NCBI GenBank assembly: GCA_964450465.1 | Contig: CAYVDV010000001.1 | Coordinates: 1-54,479 of the forward strand | Direction of reading: 5' to 3' | Length of the DNA stretch: 54,479 nucleotides | DNA from: an uncultured Saprospiraceae bacterium | GTDB lineage: Bacteria; Bacteroidota; Bacteroidia; Chitinophagales; Saprospiraceae | Shown: positions 47,202 through 54,479 of the stretch, one piece after another | Layout of the letters: every line of letters starts with the position of its first letter | How positions within the stretch are numbered: the stretch's first letter is position 1 | Position numbers and translations under genes: made by a program | The notes under the pieces: model-generated | The model's database searches: none | The model's input: only the letters and a program-made list of their open reading frames with translations | What the model was told of the DNA's origin: nothing

Positions 47202-49052
47202 ATGTGCGGAATATCCGGAATAATCCATCTCGACGGCCAGCCAGTGCCCGAATCCCAGTTGTCTGCCATGATGCGGGCAATGAAGCATCGCGGCCCGAAC
47301 GACGACGGCATGTACGCCGAAGGCGGGGTGGGACTTGGATTTGTGCGCCTGAGTATTCTCGACCTGAGCCCGGCCGGACACCAGCCCATGTTCTCGGCCG
47401 ACGAGCGCTACGTACTGATTTTTAACGGGGAAGTTTTCAACTATATCGAACTCCGGGAAGAGCTGATGGCCAAGGGGCACCGGTTCCGCACTCAAACCGA
47501 TTCGGAAGTGCTGCTGGCGGCTTATGTGGAATGGGGCGAAGCCATGCTGCACCGCATGAACGGGATGTGGGCTTTTGTGATCTACGACCGCCGCGACAAG
47601 ACGATCTTCGGCGCGCGCGACCGCTACGGCGTCAAACCCTTCTTTTACTGTCTCGATGGGCAACGGTTCCTGTTTGGTTCCGACATCCGGTCGATTACTG
47701 CCGTACTGGGCCGCAAACCCACGCCGGATTCCGAAAGCCTGTTCAATTTCCTGGCTTTCAACCGCACCGATCAGAACGACGGCACCTTCCTGAAGGAAGT
47801 CAAAAAACTCGACCACGGGCATTGCTTCAAGATCCGGGTCGGCGGGGAATCCGGTGGAGCGCCTGTATTCCGTCCGCAAAAATGGTACGATATCCGGAAA
47901 GAGCTCAAGGAGCCGTTTAAAAGCCCGGAGGAATACCGGGAAATGTTCAACTCCTCCGTCGGCCTGCGTCTGCGCAGCGATGTGCCCGTTGGCGTTTGCC
48001 TGAGCGGCGGGCTGGATTCGTCGAGCATTGTATCCGTGCTGTTGCAAAATTTTCAGAAAAAAGACCTGAATACATTTTCCGCCGTGTATGGCAGCGGGCA
48101 AAAAGGCGATGAATCTTCTTTCATCGACTTGTACAAGGGCCAGTTGACCAATATGTATTTCACCCGGCCGGAAGCCGCCGACCTGCTTGCCGATCTTGAT
48201 GATCTGGCGCGGGCGCAATACGAGCCGGTCCCCAGCACCTCAACCTATGCGCAATACCGCGTCATGAAGCTGGCCAGGGAGCACGTGGTAGTGACACTGG
48301 ATGGCCAGGGCGCCGACGAAGCCTTGGCCGGATACCACTATTTCTTTGGGTTTCATTTCAAAAACCTGCTGCGCAGGGGCCGGCTCGGCGCACTGACCTC
48401 CGAGATGGGCCATTACTACGACAAACACCGCTCCTTGTACGGGATCAAAAGTCTCGTGTTCTTCCTGTTGCCGGCTTTTCTACGCACCCAGGTCCGGGTG
48501 ATGGAAAAAGGCTACCTGGACCCCGACTTTTTCCAGGCCAATGCGCAGGGCACCAATATTATCACCGGCGAGCTGTACGGCTCCAATTCCTTGCAGGAGG
48601 CCCTGATCAACCACTTCGAATACAAACTGGAACACCTGCTGAAGTGGGAAGACCGCAACTCTATGTGGTTCTCCCTCGAAGCGCGCGTCCCCTTCCTCGA
48701 TTACCGGCTGGTGGAACGCACCCTGACCATACCCGATGACATGATCATCCGAAAAGGCATGACCAAGCATATCCTGCGCGAAGCCATGAAGGGCACCCTG
48801 CCGGAAGCCATCCGGATGCGCCGCGACAAGGTGGGTTTTGAAACCCCCGAGGCGGAATGGTTCCGTACCCCGGCTTTCCAGACGTACATACGGGATATGA
48901 TCAACTCCGCGCCTTTCACCACCCGCGGCATCATGGATCTGAAAAAAGTACAGTCTATTTATGAAAAACACCTCAACCGGGAAGGTAACTACTCCAGGGA
49001 AATCTGGAAATGGATACACCTGGAAAAATGGTACAATCAATTTATCGATTAA
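47202..49052 (+). CDS. asnB: Asparagine synthase (glutamine-hydrolysing) family amidotransferase
   Basis: MCGISGIIHLDG with the Cys2 nucleophile. RGPDD-like RGPNDDG. ARDRYGVKPFFY. PP-loop VGVCLSGGLDSSSIV. 616 aa. Confidence 0.9.
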   Translation: MCGISGIIHLDGQPVPESQLSAMMRAMKHRGPNDDGMYAEGGVGLGFVRLSILDLSPAGHQPMFSADERYVLIFNGEVFNYIELREELMAKGHRFRTQTDSEVLLAAYVEWGEAMLHRMNGMWAFVIYDRRDKTIFGARDRYGVKPFFYCLDGQRFLFGSDIRSITAVLGRKPTPDSESLFNFLAFNRTDQNDGTFLKEVKKLDHGHCFKIRVGGESGGAPVFRPQKWYDIRKELKEPFKSPEEYREMFNSSVGLRLRSDVPVGVCLSGGLDSSSIVSVLLQNFQKKDLNTFSAVYGSGQKGDESSFIDLYKGQLTNMYFTRPEAADLLADLDDLARAQYEPVPSTSTYAQYRVMKLAREHVVVTLDGQGADEALAGYHYFFGFHFKNLLRRGRLGALTSEMGHYYDKHRSLYGIKSLVFFLLPAFLRTQVRVMEKGYLDPDFFQANAQGTNIITGELYGSNSLQEALINHFEYKLEHLLKWEDRNSMWFSLEARVPFLDYRLVERTLTIPDDMIIRKGMTKHILREAMKGTLPEAIRMRRDKVGFETPEAEWFRTPAFQTYIRDMINSAPFTTRGIMDLKKVQSIYEKHLNREGNYSREIWKWIHLEKWYNQFID

Positions 49053-49054
49053 TC

Positions 49055-50062
49055 ATGCGAAAACTTCGAAATCTCTTCTTCCTCCTGATGCGGTATTCCG
49101 GCATGCCTTTTCTTATCCGGGAATTGTTCCAGCGCCGCAGAGTAACGATCGTCATGCTGCATGACCCGGCTCCGGATGTTGCGGAAAAAACCTTTGCATA
49201 TCTGGCCAGCCGTTACCATATCATCGATCTGAATACGTTTCTGGAGGCGCGTCGCAGGGGCGACAGCCGCGCGCTGCCGCCAAAAGCCATGATCATCACG
49301 ATGGACGACGGGCATATTCGCAATTACCAGCTCCTTCCAATCATCAAAAAGCTAAACATCCCCATTACCATTTTCCTGTGCGCAGGCATCATCAATACCA
49401 ACCGCCACTACTGGTTCAAGTTCAAGCACCCCGACCTGTTCAAGCCGGCACTGAAACAAATGCCGACCCGGGAGAAACTGGAATGGCTTGCAGAAGCCGG
49501 ATTTTGGCCGGAAAAAGAGTTTCCCAACCCTCTGGCCCTGACGAAGGATCAGATCCGGGAAATGAAACCGCATGTCAATTTCCAGGGGCACACCTCCTTC
49601 CATCCCTGTCTCCCGAGATGCACCAGACAGGCAGCCTGGGAAGAAATCGCCGGATCAAAACAGATCCTGGAGCAGGATTTCGGCCTGCCGGTCAATGCCA
49701 TCGCTTTCCCGAACGGCGACTATTCGGAGCGGGACATAGAACTCGTCAAGGCTGCCGGTTACTCCTGCGCTATCACGGTCGATTTCGGCTTCAATACCAT
49801 CCATACCGACCCTTTCCGGCTCAAACGCCTCAGTATTGACGATGCCGACAACGTGGATACGGTTTGTGTCAAGGCCAGCGGTATCTGGACCCTGTTGTTG
49901 CATTGGCTTGGGAAACGCCGTTTCTCTGGGAAAATGGCCCCTCTTCCGCAGAAGGCCGTCGCGGGCGCCAAAGCGCTGAAACAAACCGTACCGGTGATCG
50001 CCCTGTCGTTTCTGAGCAAAGCAGACCTTATCACAGAAGCAATTTGCAGTACGCTGAACTAA
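49055..50062 (+). CDS. Polysaccharide deacetylase (CE4/NodB-homology) family protein
   Basis: An ATG at 49055, 2 nt after the asnB stop, gives MRKLRNLFFLLMRYSG (track start 49010 overlaps asnB). ITMDDGHIRNY (motif 1), QGHTSFH (motif 2), IAFPNGDYS. Confidence 0.75.
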   Translation: MRKLRNLFFLLMRYSGMPFLIRELFQRRRVTIVMLHDPAPDVAEKTFAYLASRYHIIDLNTFLEARRRGDSRALPPKAMIITMDDGHIRNYQLLPIIKKLNIPITIFLCAGIINTNRHYWFKFKHPDLFKPALKQMPTREKLEWLAEAGFWPEKEFPNPLALTKDQIREMKPHVNFQGHTSFHPCLPRCTRQAAWEEIAGSKQILEQDFGLPVNAIAFPNGDYSERDIELVKAAGYSCAITVDFGFNTIHTDPFRLKRLSIDDADNVDTVCVKASGIWTLLLHWLGKRRFSGKMAPLPQKAVAGAKALKQTVPVIALSFLSKADLITEAICSTLN

Positions 50063-50080
50063 TCATAAAACAACGAAATA

Positions 50081-51112
50081 ATGCAAATAGAACTTTATAC
50101 GAAGGCAGAACAGCTGGACCAAAGCCCCTATGAGGCGGCATTTGGGCAATTCCTGGCCCAGGCGCCCACTGCGAACTATTTCCAAAGCCCCGATTTTTTG
50201 CGGTTTATTCAGACCGTCGGCGGCTACAAACCTTTTCTATTCCTGGCCGTAACCGATTCCGGCGCCATAGCAGGCTCGCTGTTAGGCGTCATTCAATCGG
50301 ACGGCAAAGGCTTGAAATCCTGGTTCTCCCGGCGGCTCATCGTATGGGGTGGGCCCATTTTACCCGATAATTCGAACCGGGAGGGGCAAGAAGTGGCAAG
50401 AAAGTTGCTAAGTGCTCTGAAGAAGCACGCGCAGGGAAAGGCAATTTTTATCGAATTCCGGAATTTCTTCGATTGCTCGGACCTGCAGCCGGTATTTGAA
50501 GCCAGCGGTTTCCATTTCCGCCCGCACCTGAATTTTCTGGTCAATACGGATGATGAAGCCGCCGCGCGCGCGCGCTTGAGCAGCAACCGCAGACGGCAGA
50601 TCAAGACTACGCTGGCCGCCGGCGCCACGGTATCCGAAGCGGAATCAGAGGCAGATGTGATAGAGCTGTACGAACTGCTCGACAAACTGTATAAAGAAAA
50701 AGTCAAAAAGCCCTTGCCTGGCCCTGATCTGTTTGTCAATCTCTGGAAATCGCCGCAAGGCAAGGTTTTCGTGGTCAAACTGGACGGCAAGGTAATCGGG
50801 GGCAGTGTAGGGCCGGTGTACGGCAATAAAGTGATCTACCAATGGTATGTATGCGGTGAAAACGGGGTAGTCAGCGGCGTACACCCCAGCGTGCTGGCCT
50901 CCTGGGCGCCCATCGAATATGCCGCCCGCAACGGGTTTGCCCGCTTCGATTTTATGGGAGCCGGGCGCCCCGACGATGAATACGGCGTCCGCGAATTCAA
51001 GGCCCGTTTTGGCGGAGAGCAGGTTGCATACGGCCGCTTTGAAAAGGTACTCAGCCGTTCCCTGTACCGGGTCGGAAAATTGGGATTAAAAGTTTATCAA
51101 ACCATACGATAA
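50081..51112 (+). CDS. FemAB-family / Acetyltransf_6-type GNAT-fold acyl(aminoacyl)transferase
   Basis: NYFQSPDFLRFIQ, SSNRRRQIKT and FARFDFMGAGRPDDEYGVREFKARFGG resemble lipid II:glycine glycyltransferase / FemAB-like proteins as I recall them. Confidence 0.6.
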   Translation: MQIELYTKAEQLDQSPYEAAFGQFLAQAPTANYFQSPDFLRFIQTVGGYKPFLFLAVTDSGAIAGSLLGVIQSDGKGLKSWFSRRLIVWGGPILPDNSNREGQEVARKLLSALKKHAQGKAIFIEFRNFFDCSDLQPVFEASGFHFRPHLNFLVNTDDEAAARARLSSNRRRQIKTTLAAGATVSEAESEADVIELYELLDKLYKEKVKKPLPGPDLFVNLWKSPQGKVFVVKLDGKVIGGSVGPVYGNKVIYQWYVCGENGVVSGVHPSVLASWAPIEYAARNGFARFDFMGAGRPDDEYGVREFKARFGGEQVAYGRFEKVLSRSLYRVGKLGLKVYQTIR

Positions 51113-52170
51113 TGAGAATAATCTTTGACATTGGACATCCTGCACACGTGCATTTGTTCAAACATTTGGCCCGCTTGCTGATGCAGAATGGCTCCGAAGT
51201 GCTGTTTACTGCGCGCGACAAGGAATTTGAACTGGACCTGCTGGAAGCAGAAGGTTTCCCTTATGTTTGTTTTGGCAAGCATTACCGCAGCCTCCCGGGC
51301 AAATTATGGGGTCTGATCCAGTACGACGTACAAATGTTCCTGACCGGCCTGCGCTTTAAGCCGGATTTGTTTATCAGCCACGGTACGCCCTATGCCGCAC
51401 ACGCCGCATTCCTGCTTGGGGCCAAAAACCTCGCTATTGAAGATACCGGCAATATGGAACAGGTAATCCTGTACCGGCCGTTTACCGATGCGATCCTTAC
51501 GCCCGATGTTTTACCGAAAGACCTGGGACCCAAGCAGATCCGCTACAACGGCTACCATGAAATCGCCTACCTGCATCCGGAATTTTTCACCCCCGACCCC
51601 TCTATTCAAAAATGGCTGGGCGTGGAAGAGGGCGAGGATTATGCGATTATCCGTTTTATTTCCTGGAATGCCACACACGACGTCGGGCACAAGGGCATGT
51701 CTGCGGAGGACAAAGTCAGGCTGGTAAAAAAACTGTCGGAGCGCATGAAAGTATTCATTACCTCGGAACGAGGAGTTTCCGAAGAATTGAAACCCTTCGT
51801 CCTGCGCATGCCGCCGGATAAATTCCACCATGTACTGAACTACGCGACTATCGTCATCAGCGAAGGAACGACCACAGCTGTGGAAGCCGGTATTCTGGGC
51901 ACACCTTGTGTGTACATCAGTACGTTCGTCGATCCCAACTGCCAGGAGATGGAACAATTCGGCCTGGTATTCAACACCTCCGAATCCGGCAAAGTCTTTG
52001 ATATGGTAGATCGCGTGTTAGACGAGAACCGGGAAGTTTACCGGGAACGGAGCAAAACCTTCCTGGACACGAAAGTAAATGCTACCCGGTATTACTATGA
52101 TTTTATCGTTGACCGGTATCAAAAAAACAGTGCACCAATAAAAAATCCATCATGGAAATCAACTTACTGA
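51112..52170 (+). CDS. DUF354 domain protein (predicted GT-B fold, function unknown)
   Basis: MRIIFDIGHPAHVHLFKHLARLLMQNGSEVLFTARDKE matches the characteristic DUF354 N-terminus (D..HP.HVH.FK). TAATG overlap with the upstream stop. Confidence 0.75.
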   Translation: MRIIFDIGHPAHVHLFKHLARLLMQNGSEVLFTARDKEFELDLLEAEGFPYVCFGKHYRSLPGKLWGLIQYDVQMFLTGLRFKPDLFISHGTPYAAHAAFLLGAKNLAIEDTGNMEQVILYRPFTDAILTPDVLPKDLGPKQIRYNGYHEIAYLHPEFFTPDPSIQKWLGVEEGEDYAIIRFISWNATHDVGHKGMSAEDKVRLVKKLSERMKVFITSERGVSEELKPFVLRMPPDKFHHVLNYATIVISEGTTTAVEAGILGTPCVYISTFVDPNCQEMEQFGLVFNTSESGKVFDMVDRVLDENREVYRERSKTFLDTKVNATRYYYDFIVDRYQKNSAPIKNPSWKSTY

Positions 52171-53123
52171 TCACCGGAGGCGCCGGCTTTATCGGCTCCA
52201 ATCTGGTGGAAAAATACCTCAACGACGAGCGCGTCGGGTTGGTCCGCGTAGTGGACGATCTCTCCAATGGGTATTATGAAAATATCGCCGAGTTTGAATC
52301 GCATCCGAAGTTTGAGTTTATCAAAGGCGATATCTGCGACTATTCCGTATGCACCCGGGCAATGCGCGGGATAAACAAGGTAACCCATCAGGCCGCGCTG
52401 GGCTCGGTGCCCCGTTCCATTGAAAACCCGGCACGCACCAACGAGGTGAATGTGGGCGGCACCGTCAACATCCTGCACGCCGCCAAGGAAGCCGGTGTGG
52501 AGCGTATCGTGCTCGCTTTCTCTTCCAGTACCTATGGCGACAGCGCCGAACTGCCTAAAGTGGAAGAACGCATCGGCAGGCCTTTATCGCCTTATGCGGT
52601 GAGCAAATACGCCGCCGAGCTCTATGCCGAAGTCTTTGCCCGCACCTACGGCCTTCCTTTTGTCGGCCTTCGGTATTTCAATATTTTCGGCCCCCGCCAG
52701 AACGCCGACAACCCCTATGCCGCCGTGATCCCTATTTTCTGTAAAGCCTTTATCGAGGACAAACAACCGCGGATCCATGGTGACGGTACCACCAGCCGGG
52801 ATTTTACCTATGTGGCCAATGCCCTGCACGCCAACGACCTCGCCCTGTTTACCGACAACCGGGAGGCCCTGAACCAGGTGTATAACGTAGCCTGCGGCGA
52901 ACAGGTTGACCTGAATGAAATGGTCGATATGCTCCGGCAAATCACCGGCAAGGATATTCAACCCCTGTATGGTCCAGAACGCCCGGGCGACGTCAAACAC
53001 TCCAAGGCGGATATTTCAAAAATACGCCGGCACTTGGGCTATACGCCGCAAGTGCGTATGCTGGAAGGCCTGAAGCGGGTTTATCAGTACAATCTGGATA
53101 AATACATGGCCAACGTCCTGTAA
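52152..53123 (+). CDS. NAD-dependent UDP-GlcNAc/UDP-GlcNAcA C4-epimerase (WbpP/TviC-like extended SDR)
   Basis: LITGGAGFIGSNL, HQAALGSVPRSIENP, SSSTYGD, YAVSKYAAELY (YxxxK), RYFNIFGPRQ. 19-nt overlap with the DUF354 gene. Confidence 0.85.
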   Translation: MEINLLITGGAGFIGSNLVEKYLNDERVGLVRVVDDLSNGYYENIAEFESHPKFEFIKGDICDYSVCTRAMRGINKVTHQAALGSVPRSIENPARTNEVNVGGTVNILHAAKEAGVERIVLAFSSSTYGDSAELPKVEERIGRPLSPYAVSKYAAELYAEVFARTYGLPFVGLRYFNIFGPRQNADNPYAAVIPIFCKAFIEDKQPRIHGDGTTSRDFTYVANALHANDLALFTDNREALNQVYNVACGEQVDLNEMVDMLRQITGKDIQPLYGPERPGDVKHSKADISKIRRHLGYTPQVRMLEGLKRVYQYNLDKYMANVL

Positions 53124-53164
53124 ACACACATGCCTTTTTAATCTACGCTTAAAACCACGTACTT

Positions 53165-53947
53165 ATGCGCGATTTTACGCTCTCCATTTACCGGGAACTG
53201 CTCGATGAACTTAAACGGGCGGGTTACCGCTTTCAAACGTTCAATGACTTCCTCTCTCAGCCACAGGAGCGGGTGATCCTGCTCCGCCACGACGTGGACG
53301 ACCGCAAACTGCACAGCCTGGAATTTGCCCGGATACAAAATGAAAAAGGCATTGTAGGCAGCTACTACTTCCGCATGGTCCCGCAAAGCTTTGATGAAAC
53401 AGTCATCCGGGAAGTCTATGACCTGGGACATGAGGTCGGCTACCACTATGAAGACATGGATTTCGCAAAGGGGGACCCCCATAAGGCCATCCAGTTGTTT
53501 GAGCAACACCTGGCCAAACTACGCGCTGTAGTACCGGTTTCGACGATCTGCATGCACGGAAGCCCGCGCTCGCCTTTCGACAATAAAGATGTATGGAAAC
53601 ACTATCAATACCGCAATTATGGTATTACAGGAGAACCATACTTTGATATCGATTTTAACCAGGTATTCTATCTTACAGACACCGGCCGGCGCTGGGATGG
53701 CGGTTCCGTAAGTGTGCGCGATAAAGTCAACACCCGCTTCCGGTTGCATTTCCGGACTACTCAGGATATCATCGGAGCCATCCGGAGTGGGGAATTTCCC
53801 AATCAGGTTATGATCAACTTTCATCCGCAACGCTGGACGGATAATCCGCGACTGTGGTGGACGGACAAATACCAACAGCAGGTTAAAAACGCCGCAAAGT
53901 ACTGGTTAATTAAAATGCGATCCGGAAAATCGGCCGTTGATAATTGA
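53165..53947 (+). CDS. Divergent CE4-like (polysaccharide deacetylase-type) protein / hypothetical
   Basis: ILLRHDVDD (Asp-Asp motif 1-like) and LGHEVGYHYE (His-containing motif 2-like) suggest a NodB-type metal site. The assignment is weak. Confidence 0.45.
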   Translation: MRDFTLSIYRELLDELKRAGYRFQTFNDFLSQPQERVILLRHDVDDRKLHSLEFARIQNEKGIVGSYYFRMVPQSFDETVIREVYDLGHEVGYHYEDMDFAKGDPHKAIQLFEQHLAKLRAVVPVSTICMHGSPRSPFDNKDVWKHYQYRNYGITGEPYFDIDFNQVFYLTDTGRRWDGGSVSVRDKVNTRFRLHFRTTQDIIGAIRSGEFPNQVMINFHPQRWTDNPRLWWTDKYQQQVKNAAKYWLIKMRSGKSAVDN

Positions 53948-54479
53948 GTATTGGCATAGTTTTGGCTGCTTAAAGAGCCGGTGAATAAAAAATAAAACTA
54001 TTCATCAATCTATACTTATTTATTTTAATACATAAAGCCTTATTAAAAAACAATACTATTCAATATGAATTGACTTACACACCATTTCAACGCAGTTGCT
54101 GCCCAAAACATCCTTAATTTATGCACAACCGCGTAACTCAAGCATATCCAGCCTGTTTTGCTCATAATAGATATCTGACCATTTCGCTTCAATCCCTGTG
54201 TGGTTATTCCCTCCCCCCCTTCGAAGGCCGCACGAACCCATGAGCATCTTAATCTACTGAATATCAGGCGCTTCCCCCTCGTAATCAATACGCTTTTGAT
54301 CCTGGTCGTATCCTGCTGTGAGATGATCGGGAAGTTGGTCGCCTGTGAATACCATCGGATAATATCCAACTGGAATAGTGTGGGTTCTTATACCTGTATC
54401 CATACGGTTTTACTCGGCGCTTGCAAATGCCGGATGTAGTATAAACTTTAATCTGTTGCGCAGCGATGCAATAATCCCC

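Noticed and set aside
46695-48218. 507-aa minus-strand ORF
   Set aside because: It is antisense across the GT4/asnB junction. AsnB (MCGISG, SGGLDSS) is unambiguous on the plus strand.
54043-54439. ORFs 54043-54369 (-) and 54200-54439 (+) in the terminal AT-rich segment
   Set aside because: They have no motifs, mutually overlap, and have odd composition. I treat the segment as non-coding or degenerate pending sequence beyond the window.
1-54479. Looked for CRISPR arrays, tRNA/rRNA genes, IS/transposase or integrase genes, toxin-antitoxin pairs and defence-system hallmarks (nuclease, helicase or methylase genes)
   Set aside because: I found no regularly spaced direct repeats, no cloverleaf-like or rRNA-like segments, and no ORF with recombinase, nuclease or helicase motifs. 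Apart from the polysaccharide and Sus-type loci, the window looks like ordinary chromosomal DNA.

Overview
High-GC Bacteroidota-type chromosomal segment, judged from a SusC/SusD pair, lipoprotein signals and T9SS C-terminal sorting domains. All family calls come from motif recognition by eye; no database search was possible.

Layout:
(1) 1-4.4 kb: an edge-truncated GT-C membrane glycosyltransferase that is missing from the ORF track, divergent from a secreted M16 zinc peptidase.
(2) 4.4-14.7 kb: a six-gene minus-strand operon of DASS anion symporter, SusC, SusD, SGNH hydrolase, Calx-beta/lamin-tail lipoprotein and Ig-domain alpha/beta-hydrolase lipoprotein. It has no glycoside hydrolase and no classical PUL regulator.
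(3) 15-16.2 kb: a divergent membrane-anchored HTH protein.
(4) 16.2-19.2 kb: a haem-binding-domain protein plus a TonB-dependent receptor.
(5) 19.4-22.6 kb: a DUF1800/DUF1501 pair. The DUF1501 member carries both a twin-arginine signal and a T9SS C-terminal domain.
(6) 22.8-26.1 kb: a modular T9SS adhesin-like protein.
(7) 26.4-53.9 kb: a roughly 27.5-kb, 24-gene same-strand Wzx/Wzy-type polysaccharide locus. It contains wbpD-wbpB, Wzc, Wzx, a CDP-glucose-derived amino-sugar module and Wzy.

The most interesting part is a 13-kb tailoring block in that locus. It holds two successive sets of polysaccharide deacetylase, asparagine-synthase homolog and FemAB/CelD-type acyltransferase, plus an ATP-grasp ligase, DUF354, a third CE4-like protein and a WbpP/TviC-type epimerase.

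No Wza and no initiating phosphoglycosyl transferase are visible. I saw no tRNA, rRNA, CRISPR array or transposase. The many long antisense ORFs in the track are shadow ORFs.
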